Below are positions 33,591 to 42,360 of a DNA stretch of 64,000 nucleotides, piece after piece. The notes below the pieces were generated by a model. The model saw nothing but the letters and a program-made list of their open reading frames with translations. It was not told the origin of the DNA and did no database searches. Source of the DNA: a virus (taxonomy: Duplodnaviria > Caudoviricetes); the IMG/VR virus record IMGVR_UViG_3300047160_036266, positions 96,001 to 160,000 of that record, one strand, 5' to 3'. Every line of letters starts with the position of its first letter. Within the stretch, counting starts at the first letter, position 1. Made by a program: the position numbers and the translations under genes.

Positions 33591-33679
33591 CGGAGGCCAA
33601 GGGAATCGAACCCTCGCCGGGGGTTAGACCGGAGCCGCTTTCCAGGCGACCGCAGCAAACCAACATCTGCCTAGCCTCC
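33591..33679 (-). tRNA. tRNA-Ser(GGA)
   Basis: GTCGC-CTGGAAA-GCGGC, long variable arm, G73. Confidence 0.9.
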
Positions 33680-33742
33680 AATGTGCCCTGGGTTCATCAG
33701 GCGTCCCGTGCTGGACGCCAGGATCGCCCAGGGCGGCGGGAG

Positions 33743-33828
33743 CGGAAGCGGTGGGACTCGAACCCACAAAGCATATTTCAGCCCATACGCTTTCGAGGCG
33801 TACTCCTCATCCAAGCCGGATCGCTTCC
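33743..33828 (-). tRNA. tRNA-Ser(CGA)
   Basis: TACGC-CTCGAAA-GCGTA, long variable arm, G73. Confidence 0.9.
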
Positions 33829-33841
33829 AAGTTTTCGAGAG

Positions 33842-33931
33842 CGGAGGCCAGGGGAATCGAACCCCCACCGGCTTTGACCCCGGAACGGTTTAGCAAACCG
33901 CCGCAGCAACACCACCATCTGCCTAGCCTCC
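33842..33931 (-). tRNA. tRNA-Ser(GCT)
   Basis: GCGGT-TTGCTAA-ACCGT, long variable arm, G73. Confidence 0.9.
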
Positions 33932-34160
33932 GTGAGAAATTCCCTCCTTCTTCCTGTCCTTATCTGGTAGAGGCTGTCACAAACCGAAAGGTTCGCGTCC
34001 TTATACCAGTGGAGGACCACCATGCAACATTACTTCGAGTACGTCTGCCACAAGTTCGCCAAGGAGAGGATTGTCGCCCGCTTCTTGGAGAACCCTGCCC
34101 TCCTTGACGAGCTACGCCGCCGTCTGGAGGACGAGGATATTGTTCCCTGGGACGACGAGC

Positions 34161-34838
34161 CTACTCGTCGTCAATCGACCGATACTTCGGAGGGCGAGGC
34201 GGTTCCTTGATCCGCCCGTCCTTGATGGCCTCGATCAGCTTGAAGGCCACTTCCGTCTCCACGCCGAGTTCATCCCGGATGAGCTTCATGCAGTGGGCCT
34301 TGTTCTGGCTGTCCTTTATCAGCCGCCGCACGTCCGACCAGACAAACCAACTCAGGTTGTCCGGCCAGGGCGTCCGGTTATATTGCAGGTCTTCAACGGC
34401 ATCCTTGGCCTCCTTCAGCCCCCAGCCAGTCTCCTCGCGCACCCTCTTAATGGCGGCGATCTTCTGCTCCGGGAGCATCTTGCGGACCTCTTCCTCAAGA
34501 TCATCCGGCATCGGCGGCATGAAGGCCAGGTCTGGCGTTTGCAGTCTCATGCGTTCCTCGAAGTCGATCAAAACCTGACGAGCTTCGTTCAGGTATTGCA
34601 GGTTCATCTTTTCCCGAATCAACCTGATGGCTTCAATCCGCAAGCCCTTCTGCGCCAGCGCCTTTACTTCCACTTCCAGTTCTGCCGTCCACATGACGTT
34701 ATTTACGCTGGTCGGGGTCGAAAGTACCTCCTGTATAAGCTGGGCCATTGCATTGGTCTGGCCCATCTGGGCGAACATGCGGGCCTGTTCGACCTTCTCC
34801 TCCAAGCTGCCCGGCAGATAACCAACATCGTCGTCCAT
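34161..34838 (-). CDS. Protein with ribosomal L7/L12 C-terminal-domain-like repeats
   Basis: KIAAIKRVREETGWGLKEAKDAVE plus two degenerate copies (RIEAIRLIRE.., KAHCMKLIRDELG..). Confidence 0.75.
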   Translation of the reverse strand: MDDDVGYLPGSLEEKVEQARMFAQMGQTNAMAQLIQEVLSTPTSVNNVMWTAELEVEVKALAQKGLRIEAIRLIREKMNLQYLNEARQVLIDFEERMRLQTPDLAFMPPMPDDLEEEVRKMLPEQKIAAIKRVREETGWGLKEAKDAVEDLQYNRTPWPDNLSWFVWSDVRRLIKDSQNKAHCMKLIRDELGVETEVAFKLIEAIKDGRIKEPPRPPKYRSIDDE

Positions 34839-35137
34839 CAGTCCTCTACCTTCGTCAGCTTGCCGTATATTGCGGCCCGGCCTATCCAGCCGTTTATGTG
34901 GCCCCGGTTGTTGCCGATCTGGAAGCGGTCGCCCTGGACCGCCTTGACCAGATGAAGGTACTCAGCGCCACGCACCTTGCACAGCACTATATCGCCCTTC
35001 CCGATCTCACCGTTCACCGGCTCGACCGTACACAACTGACCGGACTCGATCTTGCCGGTCATGGAGTTGCCACGGGGGCGAAACTGCACCGTCTCGCCTT
35101 TCCCCAGCTTGGCAATGTACTGCGTTGCCCAGCCCAT
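34838..35137 (-). CDS. Peptidase S24/S26-like domain protein
   Basis: RGNSM..., GDIVL...YLHLVKA...GNNRG. Confidence 0.6.
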   Translation of the reverse strand: MGWATQYIAKLGKGETVQFRPRGNSMTGKIESGQLCTVEPVNGEIGKGDIVLCKVRGAEYLHLVKAVQGDRFQIGNNRGHINGWIGRAAIYGKLTKVED

Positions 35138-35325
35138 CGCACCCCCATAAAACGCCAAAGGCCCCAGGTCAGCTTGGGTTTCCAAGTGACCTGGGGCCTC
35201 TATCCCCCAATTCCTCAGTCAGCTTAGACACCCTCCTCCGGCCCGCTGCTAAGCGAGCTATAGGACAGACTAAACAGGACTGAGGACAACACGTTCATTT
35301 CATCGCTCCGATTTCCGGTAAGAGT

Positions 35326-35354
35326 ATAGTACGCACCGGCGGGCAATTTTGCAA
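35326..35354 (-). promoter_or_regulatory. Sigma70-type promoter
   Basis: TTGCAA-N17-TACTAT on the minus strand. Confidence 0.6.
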
Positions 35355-35467
35355 GTGCTTTTTCAGAATTTTTATGCCGGGCGGGGAAAGCCCACAACCC
35401 CGCCCGGCATGGAGAAACAACACTCCTAGTATCCTACCGCCGGTTCACCCCGTTGTAAAGGGGAATA

Positions 35468-35680
35468 TCAGCCGGCCTTCCTCTCCAGCAACTCGATCTC
35501 TTCCTTGGTCTTGCGCATCCGGTGCAGGGCCGTGTCAAGGGCCTGCTCCATCTTCCACTCGTGCTTGTCCTTGTAGGTCGTCAGCCCGCAGCACTCACAC
35601 TTGCTCCGGTCGTTGCAGAGGGTCATCTTGACCTCCGTGACCAGGGCGATAGCGACATTCAGCTTCTCGATCCGACTCAT
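35468..35680 (-). CDS. Small hypothetical Zn-binding protein
   Basis: CECCG; GGAGG RBS. Confidence 0.5.
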   Translation of the reverse strand: MSRIEKLNVAIALVTEVKMTLCNDRSKCECCGLTTYKDKHEWKMEQALDTALHRMRKTKEEIELLERKAG

Positions 35681-35746
35681 GGGAACCTCCAGGTTAGGGG
35701 AACACGCCTCTACCAAGGAATGTCCGCCTGGAGGCTCGCGCGTGCA

Positions 35747-36514
35747 TCAATTTTCGAGAATTCCAAGGAAATTCGCCATCACCCGGTCGGTGCCGATGGC
35801 AACCTCCAGGCAGTGCGCCCCCTGGATGGCTGCCCGCCGGCCCTGGTCATCTTCGATAGTCCGGGTGAAGTCCTTACGACGGCTGATGCTGCAAAGCTCC
35901 AGGCCCGTCCGCTCCAGCACAATATCCATCGTGGACTCGGAATAGTCCGGGAGCCGGTCGCTTTCCTCGACCTTGCAAGGGCCGAGAAGCTGGACGAAGG
36001 CTTTCAGCAGGTAATCAAGGACCAAGGGCCGGTAGTCGTTGCCGGTGGTAAGGCCGTAGAGGCACTGGAATTCAAGCTGATAGAACTCCTTGAGCCGCAT
36101 GTGCTTCTGGGGCTGGTCCTGCTCCCGGCGGAAGCTCTTGCCGTGCTGCCAGACACAGAGGGGAAGGCGGACGCCGGTGTGGTGGTCCAGCAGGTAGCGG
36201 GCGTACTGGTAGCTGCCCATCGTGGTTTCGGGGCGCAGCGCGATATTGTCGAAGAGCATGATGTCTCTCGTCTCGTCTGCTGCGTCCTGGGTGAGCGTGG
36301 CCGGCATGAAGATATTGTCGCCAGTGTAGTTGTCGTTGATGAGATGGCGGGGCGTCAGCAGCGGGGCCTCGACCTGGACCATCTCGAAGGCCCGGTTTTG
36401 CTTTTTAAGAGCTTGGCCCATCACCAGGACGAACCGCTCCTCGATCATCCGCCGGACCTTGATCTGCTCCTCGTTCCAGAAGATCAAGCCGTTCTTGTCG
36501 TACAAATTCATCAT
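35747..36514 (-). CDS. Class II aminoacyl-tRNA synthetase catalytic core only (alpha2 GlyRS-like)
   Basis: Motif 1 VEAPLLTP, LRPETT, motif 2 GKSFRRE...MRLKEFYQLEFQ, motif 3 CLEVAIGTDR; 255 aa, no anticodon-binding domain. Confidence 0.75.
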   Translation of the reverse strand: MMNLYDKNGLIFWNEEQIKVRRMIEERFVLVMGQALKKQNRAFEMVQVEAPLLTPRHLINDNYTGDNIFMPATLTQDAADETRDIMLFDNIALRPETTMGSYQYARYLLDHHTGVRLPLCVWQHGKSFRREQDQPQKHMRLKEFYQLEFQCLYGLTTGNDYRPLVLDYLLKAFVQLLGPCKVEESDRLPDYSESTMDIVLERTGLELCSISRRKDFTRTIEDDQGRRAAIQGAHCLEVAIGTDRVMANFLGILEN

Positions 36515-36592
36515 ATGTAGCCTCGCCTTCCTTCTCGCACCGTGGGGAACAGTAGGCCGGCGGAAGCTTTCCCGCCGGCACATAGTAGGTTT

Positions 36593-37291
36593 TCAAGCAG
36601 TTCCGGCAGGTGTAGCCGTACTCCCACCCGGTTTTTTGCGCATCCATAACTGGAGATTATATTTCTTGTCGATATTGAGGACCACAGGCTCTACCTCCAG
36701 GCTCTCGACAAGTTCGGCCTGGGCCACATCGAGGACGTAATTTTGAAATTCCTTCATGGCTGCCTGTATCGGCGGGTCGGCACTTTGCCAGCGCATCTCG
36801 ATCTGGTCTTCCATGACCATGCCGGCCTTCTTCCGTGCCATCTGGATCGCGTGGGCGATGTCCCTCGCCAGTCCTTCCAGTTCTAGCTCCCGGTCGATGG
36901 TCTTGTCCAGGGCGATGGTGCCGAATTCGCCGCCGTCCTGGGTGACGTACTCGGCCACATGGTCGTGCGGCAGGCCGTGGCGGTACTCGTACAGCCGGGC
37001 AGCGGCGAATTCACCATCGAACGCCCCGTACTGGCCGCAGATGAAGCACTTGACGTTCAACTCGTCAAGGAGATGACACACCAGGCCGGGAGAGGTTACG
37101 ATCTGGTGCGCCGGATTCTGGCTCAGGTCGATTTTTGTGGGGTCGTGTGTGAGGATGACTGGCACTGTCCCTTTGTACATGCCGGCGGACGTGTCGCCCC
37201 CGAAGGCGTAGACCATGAAGTGGTATTCAGCGTAGGTGAAGAAGTCACCGACGTTGAGTTCAACCGGCCCGTACTTTGTGAGGATGAGCAT
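36593..37291 (-). CDS. Stand-alone IleRS (type 2) C-terminal domain, DUF5915-like
   Basis: IALDKTID.EL..EGLARDIAHAIQMARKKAG...EDQI. Confidence 0.7.
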   Translation of the reverse strand: MLILTKYGPVELNVGDFFTYAEYHFMVYAFGGDTSAGMYKGTVPVILTHDPTKIDLSQNPAHQIVTSPGLVCHLLDELNVKCFICGQYGAFDGEFAAARLYEYRHGLPHDHVAEYVTQDGGEFGTIALDKTIDRELELEGLARDIAHAIQMARKKAGMVMEDQIEMRWQSADPPIQAAMKEFQNYVLDVAQAELVESLEVEPVVLNIDKKYNLQLWMRKKPGGSTATPAGTA

Positions 37292-37317
37292 AAAAAAGGC
37301 GGGGCAAGTGCCCCGCC
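37292..37317 (-). terminator. Intrinsic terminator
   Basis: GGCGGGGC/GCCCCGCC hairpin plus U6 on the minus strand. Confidence 0.65.
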
Positions 37318-37341
37318 CCTCCAGTCCTCACCAGGATACGG

Positions 37342-37767
37342 CTAGGTATGAGCTTCTGTAAACTCCACCTTGAGGAAGGAATTGACCTTGGTGACTTGGA
37401 AGACTTCCTGAACGAAGGGCTGCATGTCACGCAGGACCAATTCGCCGCCACGCTTGAGGAGTCTCTTGTGGAGAGTGATGATGTGCGCGAGATCGGTGCT
37501 GCACACTGTCTCCACCTTGCTGAAGTCGAGAATGACCCGGCCATCCAGGGCCATCTTGTCCAGGCGGGGGAGCGTTGCACGCTCCACCACGAAGACGGTT
37601 TCGGGCTTGTTATTCATCCGTTCACGGACCTCCTGACGGTGAACCGGGACATCTTTGGGTGCCGTAATCCCCAGGCGAACGGTATTCCCCTGCACAGAGA
37701 CTACGACCACTTCCACATTCCCACCGATCAGGATTCTCTCTCCGGGGCGACGTGATAAAACCAACAT
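37342..37767 (-). CDS. csrA: CsrA fused to a STAS (anti-sigma-factor antagonist) domain
   Basis: MLVLSRRPGERILIG...VRLGITAPKDVPVHRQEV then VILDFSKVETVCSTDL..II.L.KRL..RGGELVL..MQP.V.EVF.VT. Confidence 0.85.
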   Translation of the reverse strand: MLVLSRRPGERILIGGNVEVVVVSVQGNTVRLGITAPKDVPVHRQEVRERMNNKPETVFVVERATLPRLDKMALDGRVILDFSKVETVCSTDLAHIITLHKRLLKRGGELVLRDMQPFVQEVFQVTKVNSFLKVEFTEAHT

Positions 37768-37845
37768 CCCCGCCTCCTTTCGGAAAAACCACCTTGTTTT
37801 CAGGCCGTGCGTGGCCCGGCGACCCCCGTTGGTCGCAAGGGGAGA

Positions 37846-37874
37846 AGAATAGCTGAATCGGGTGGGTTCGTCAA
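37846..37874 (-). promoter_or_regulatory. Sigma70-type promoter upstream of csrA-STAS and aaRS-like genes
   Basis: TTGACG-N17-TATTCT on the minus strand. Confidence 0.65.
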
Positions 37875-38078
37875 GGGAAACTAAGAAGGGGCCAGTTTAC
37901 GTCCGGCCCCAGGACGGCGAGTTCTTGGCACCACGCGAGCCAGAGTCGATTGTCGCACCGACTCGGAGCGTCAGGTTTTCAGGTCCAGAAACCCGGTCTT
38001 TTGAGCCTGACTCCCGGCCTCCTCTGTAAAGGGACGAGGAAACCCTCCCCTTTTAGGTAGGGGCAACCTCCAATTGGC

Positions 38079-38924
38079 TCAGTCGCTACCGCCACCCCCG
38101 CCGTCGCCCCCACCGCAGTCGGAGCTACCGCAGTCCGATGAACTGCTGCTGTCGTAGCTCGAACTGCTGCTGTCATAGCTGCTGCTCGAACTGTCGTAGC
38201 TCGGCGTGGGGTCCGGCGTGTAACTCGGCGTTGGATCGGGGGTATAGCTGGGTGTCGGATCGGGCGCAGGGGCCGGCGCTGGTGTCGGGTCCGGCGTATC
38301 GAAGGGCGGCTGGTAGGTGTCAGCCACATATTCGCTCTTAGCACCGACATCGGCCCCGACCGTTAAAGGTTCGGCTCCCACAGGCTGGTCCTGATCCTGC
38401 TGTTGTGGCTCCGGTTGCGGTTCGGGTTCTTCCTTGCCGCCGCCGAATATGCTGCCGAAGAAGCCGCCGACACTATCGGCCAGTTCGGAGAAGAAACCGG
38501 CGCTTTCTTCGTTCTCTTCCTCTTCGGCCAGGCACACGAAGTCGCCGTCGAAGTCATCGACCAGCAACACGCTGTCTTCCTCCAGGCTGGAGGAAACGAC
38601 GAGGTAGAACTTGGCGGTAGTGGTCGTGCCGTCCGCCTTCTTCACCGTTACGGTGGTGCAGGTTTCATTGATGGCGATGGAATCCGGCGTGCCTGGGGTG
38701 GCACTGCGGGAATCCTCATTGGCCGTCAACTCAACCGATTCGGTTGTTGAAACCTTCATAACCACTTGATCGCCGTCCTCGACGGCGACAAAGTAGGCGT
38801 CCGCTTCGGTTTCAGCGGGGAACTTATCCCGATACGCGCTGACCGGCTGGATTTCGGCAGGGGTGTTACCGTCTTCCCCACGGAAGAAGGACACGCTCAC
38901 GGGACCAATGTTGACTGACTGCAT
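38079..38924 (-). CDS. Hypothetical protein with TPDPTPSY repeats and Ser/Asp/Gly tail
   Basis: Low-complexity C-terminus DSSSSSY..SDCGGGDGGGGGSD. Confidence 0.65.
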   Translation of the reverse strand: MQSVNIGPVSVSFFRGEDGNTPAEIQPVSAYRDKFPAETEADAYFVAVEDGDQVVMKVSTTESVELTANEDSRSATPGTPDSIAINETCTTVTVKKADGTTTTAKFYLVVSSSLEEDSVLLVDDFDGDFVCLAEEEENEESAGFFSELADSVGGFFGSIFGGGKEEPEPQPEPQQQDQDQPVGAEPLTVGADVGAKSEYVADTYQPPFDTPDPTPAPAPAPDPTPSYTPDPTPSYTPDPTPSYDSSSSSYDSSSSSYDSSSSSDCGSSDCGGGDGGGGGSD

Positions 38925-38975
38925 ACGTTTCTCCTTTTTGCTCTTTTGTTCTATTAAAGCCTACGCCGAAGAACG

Positions 38976-39731
38976 CTATTTGTCAATCGCTTTTGGCATT
39001 ATAGGCGGTGGGGCCACCGGCACTGGAACCGCCACCCGACCCATTCTTATAACCGCTGTGCCAACTCCCTGCGCCGGGCATACTTGCGCCGCTTCCCTTT
39101 TCAAAAGCTTGCCGGGAGGACTGATTTGCCGGTAAACGCCCTTGCTGTCGTGTCCGTATGTCCCATTCTCGTTGTACATATTCTTCGCGTTTTCCACCAT
39201 CCCATTTAAGCGGGCTTTGGCTTTTTTGTGCGACATGCCCTTCCAAAGCAGGTCTTTGATGTACAACTGAGTGGCGTATTGGGTGATGTACCCTTCACTC
39301 CAGTTCTCTGGGGAAATCGTCTCCTGGGGCGACCGCCCCTTGTTATACACTTTGCGGGCCTTGGCATAATAGTGTTTGGCTATGTCTCGCCCATCCTGCC
39401 CATCCGGCCAGCGGTGGTCATTATCCAATAACCATATTGACGGTATTGGGGTGTCCTTGTCGTCGGAGGAGACGCCGTAATACTTGGCCAGGCTGCGTTC
39501 GGCACGCCGGGCGATCTCGATGTCTTTGTGTTTTACGGCACCTTGCAGGGCACGCAGGGCCTTCCAGCCCATCGCTTCCAGGTCTTTGTTGGCCTTTTCC
39601 CGAACGTGATAAGAGTCATCGCCCATCAATTCCACGAGTTTCAGTTGTTCCTTCGTAGGCTGGGGCGGGCCGTTGAACGGAGGGGCAGCCCCAAACGCCA
39701 GGGCCAGGGCTAATCCAAAAGCAGAGTACAT
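38976..39731 (-). CDS. Secreted protein with HEAT-like repeat
   Basis: Signal peptide; LVELMGDDSYHVREKA...L..MG..AL.AL......D.EI.RRA. Confidence 0.6.
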   Translation of the reverse strand: MYSAFGLALALAFGAAPPFNGPPQPTKEQLKLVELMGDDSYHVREKANKDLEAMGWKALRALQGAVKHKDIEIARRAERSLAKYYGVSSDDKDTPIPSIWLLDNDHRWPDGQDGRDIAKHYYAKARKVYNKGRSPQETISPENWSEGYITQYATQLYIKDLLWKGMSHKKAKARLNGMVENAKNMYNENGTYGHDSKGVYRQISPPGKLLKREAAQVCPAQGVGTAVIRMGRVAVPVPVAPPPIMPKAIDK

Positions 39732-39813
39732 AGTTGTGGCCTCCTTTGCCACAAGGGGAAATGTACCTGTATTATAATGCTTGGGGAATTTTGGTGAAGC
39801 CCGAATAAATAAG

Positions 39814-40131
39814 ATGATGCGTAGTTTTTTGCAATTTGTGGACTTACTTCGTGAACAAGCACCGCCCCCGCCGCCCGGTGGGGCAGCCCCGCCCCCTCCA
39901 CCACCAGGAGGAGCGCCTGGGGGAGCGCCGCCTGGTGGCGCACCACCCGGTATGCCGCCGCCCGGCGGGGCACCGCCGCCTGGAGGGATGGGTGGTCCGC
40001 CGGGCATGGGTGGCCCTCCGATGGGAGGCGCACCTGGGGGACAGCAAGGACCGATGAAGTTGAAATCTACCAACGTGTGGGACGTGCTAGAGAAGCTATT
40101 GGGTGGTGAGCAGCAAAAGCAACACGGCTAA
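39814..40131 (+). CDS. Pro/Gly-rich protein with capsid-targeting-like N-terminus
   Basis: MRSFLQFVDLLRE; TAAATA just upstream. Confidence 0.5.
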   Translation: MMRSFLQFVDLLREQAPPPPPGGAAPPPPPPGGAPGGAPPGGAPPGMPPPGGAPPPGGMGGPPGMGGPPMGGAPGGQQGPMKLKSTNVWDVLEKLLGGEQQKQHG

Positions 40132-40379
40132 TATTCCTTGGCCGGTCGCCACGTCGGATCATCTTTATAGGTAGCGGGCCGGGGCTTCATAATCCCTGGC
40201 TTAATCCAGGTTGTTCCTCGTGGATACACGATGTCAAGGTAGGTGATAAAGTCGGCGGCGTGCGGTGTAACGTACAGCGGCGGGTACTGGCCGAGTTGGT
40301 CGGAGGGTTCGGGGTACAGTCCAAGTCTGTTCGTCCGCCGCTCGTCCTCATTTAATCGCAGCCATTCCTTGAATTCCAT
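40128..40379 (-). CDS. Small protein with capsid-targeting-like N-terminus
   Basis: MEFKEWLRLNE; TAAATA-CCAGC-ATG. Confidence 0.6.
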   Translation of the reverse strand: MEFKEWLRLNEDERRTNRLGLYPEPSDQLGQYPPLYVTPHAADFITYLDIVYPRGTTWIKPGIMKPRPATYKDDPTWRPAKEY

Positions 40380-40441
40380 GCTGGTATTTATCCGAGATTA
40401 GCCAAGAACTACAATTATCTTACTCGCCCGGAGGAAATAGC

Positions 40442-41518
40442 ATGGCACACGCGCTGATTTTTTCCGACATCCACATTTATCCGCATAAGCGGAAGGTCGA
40501 GCGTCTGGAGGACTGCCTCAAGGCGCTCGATTGGGTTTTCCAGGTCGCCAGGGAGCGCAAGATCGAGGACATTATCTTCGGTGGCGACCTGCTGCACGAC
40601 CGCCAGCGCATCGACGTGTTTACTTACATGCGGACCTGGGAAATTCTGAAAAGGAACATGACCGGCAACCTGCGGCTGTGGCTGCTGCTTGGCAATCACG
40701 ACCTGTGGTTTGCGCAGAAGTGGAGCGTCAGCAGCATCCACCCCTTCTCGGCCTTACCCGGCGTGACGGTTATTGACAAGCCCTCCCGGCTGAAGATCGC
40801 CGGGGCGTATTTCGACTTTATTCCTTATACCCATGACCCCATCGCCGCCTTGGAGGAACTGCGCCAGATGGGCGGCAAGGTTCCCTATGCCGTTGGCCAC
40901 CTGGCGATGCACGGGGCCAAGATCAATGCCCACCATCAGGCGGATGTTGTTATCGAACACGACGGCGACATGGTGACGGTGGACCCGAAGATATTCAAGG
41001 GCTATGAATGGGTGTTCCTGGGCCACTACCACGCCGCCCAGCAGATTGCCGACAACGTGGAGTACATCGGCTCCCCGCTCGAATTGAGCTTCGGGGAGGC
41101 TTTTCAAAAGAAGCACATCATCGACTTCGACGTGGCCCATAACCACCGGGAATATATTGAAAACACGTTCTCGCCCAAGCACCTGTACCTGAAGCCCGAA
41201 GATTTGAACAAGCACGACCTGGACAATAACTTCGTAATTGTCCTGACGGATGATATTTCGGCGGCTGACGTGACGCAGTTGCGTTCCGAGTTACTGAAGG
41301 AGCATGAACTCGGCAGCCTGCAAATTCGCCAGGTTCAGCGCAAAAATGCCGATGACGACACCATTATTCATGACGCCAAAGCTATCTTATTCAAGGAGGA
41401 CGAGATGTTGGAGCGGTACATGAAAGAAGTGCCGCCGGACAACCTCGATAACGATACCTGCCTTCAAGTCGGCAAGCGGATCATCACCGAAAAGAATAAA
41501 GTTGACGTAACAATATAA
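40442..41518 (+). CDS. Recombination nuclease subunit (SbcD/Mre11, T4 gp47-like)
   Basis: SDIH, GGDLLH, GNHD, HLAMHG, LGHYH, YIGSP. Confidence 0.92.
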   Translation: MAHALIFSDIHIYPHKRKVERLEDCLKALDWVFQVARERKIEDIIFGGDLLHDRQRIDVFTYMRTWEILKRNMTGNLRLWLLLGNHDLWFAQKWSVSSIHPFSALPGVTVIDKPSRLKIAGAYFDFIPYTHDPIAALEELRQMGGKVPYAVGHLAMHGAKINAHHQADVVIEHDGDMVTVDPKIFKGYEWVFLGHYHAAQQIADNVEYIGSPLELSFGEAFQKKHIIDFDVAHNHREYIENTFSPKHLYLKPEDLNKHDLDNNFVIVLTDDISAADVTQLRSELLKEHELGSLQIRQVQRKNADDDTIIHDAKAILFKEDEMLERYMKEVPPDNLDNDTCLQVGKRIITEKNKVDVTI

Positions 41519-41526
41519 GGGGACTG

Positions 41527-42297
41527 ATGCAACAATGTGTAGTGACCAGTTTTGATAAGCGTTACTGGCAGGAGTGGGGTGCTGCCTGGGTCGCCTCGCT
41601 GAAGGAGCTTGCCAAATATAAAGGCAACGTGGTGGTTATCAACATGGGCGACCTGCCCGGTCCTGCGGTGGGCCGGCTCAAACAGTTGAAATTTACGGTC
41701 ATTCCCGTCGTTTCCCGGTTCGATAATCCTCCCCTGGATCGCTTTGTGACCCTTGGTTTGTATGGCCGGGAGAATCCGGGCCACTACGCCTATTGGGAGG
41801 CCGATGCCTATTTCCAAGCGGACCTGGAGGGGGTGTTCGACGCCCCTTCCCTGGCCTGCACCTTTGACCACAGCACATTCGGCCAGCAGCCAATTCACAC
41901 CGGCTTTATTAGTGCGCCGTCAGAATTATGGAACGTATTCGGCAACTTCCTCACGTTTGCCGCCAACTTTGGCAACACGTCTGACCAGGATATATTAAAC
42001 AACTTTGGCCGTTGTTTTAACCGACTGGTAACGGTGGCCGACCCCAAGTGGAACTGCACGGACCTTGCCAGTTTGAAATGGCGGGACGGGTTTTATTTGG
42101 GTGACTCGTTGGTGCGTGTCGTTCACCCCAGCGGGGCTTTCAAAAATATGACGGGCCGGCAATATATGTTTAGCGAAAAATATAAGAGCCTCTATGATGA
42201 TTGGCACGCCTGGCTTATCAAGGGCAACTCCACGTCGGCCCGCAGTATTCTAAAGAAAACGTCAAAATACCTGACCTTCAAAAAGAACTCACCTTGA
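41527..42297 (+). CDS. Glycosyltransferase-like (GT-A fold) hypothetical protein
   Basis: YWEADAYF (DxD-like), HTGFI, SDQDILN, KWNC. Confidence 0.45.
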   Translation: MQQCVVTSFDKRYWQEWGAAWVASLKELAKYKGNVVVINMGDLPGPAVGRLKQLKFTVIPVVSRFDNPPLDRFVTLGLYGRENPGHYAYWEADAYFQADLEGVFDAPSLACTFDHSTFGQQPIHTGFISAPSELWNVFGNFLTFAANFGNTSDQDILNNFGRCFNRLVTVADPKWNCTDLASLKWRDGFYLGDSLVRVVHPSGAFKNMTGRQYMFSEKYKSLYDDWHAWLIKGNSTSARSILKKTSKYLTFKKNSP

Positions 42298-42360
42298 TCC
42301 GAGTTGGCTGCCGCCAGACAATAACAGGTCTGGCTATAATACGGTCGGACGGAGCAGCCA

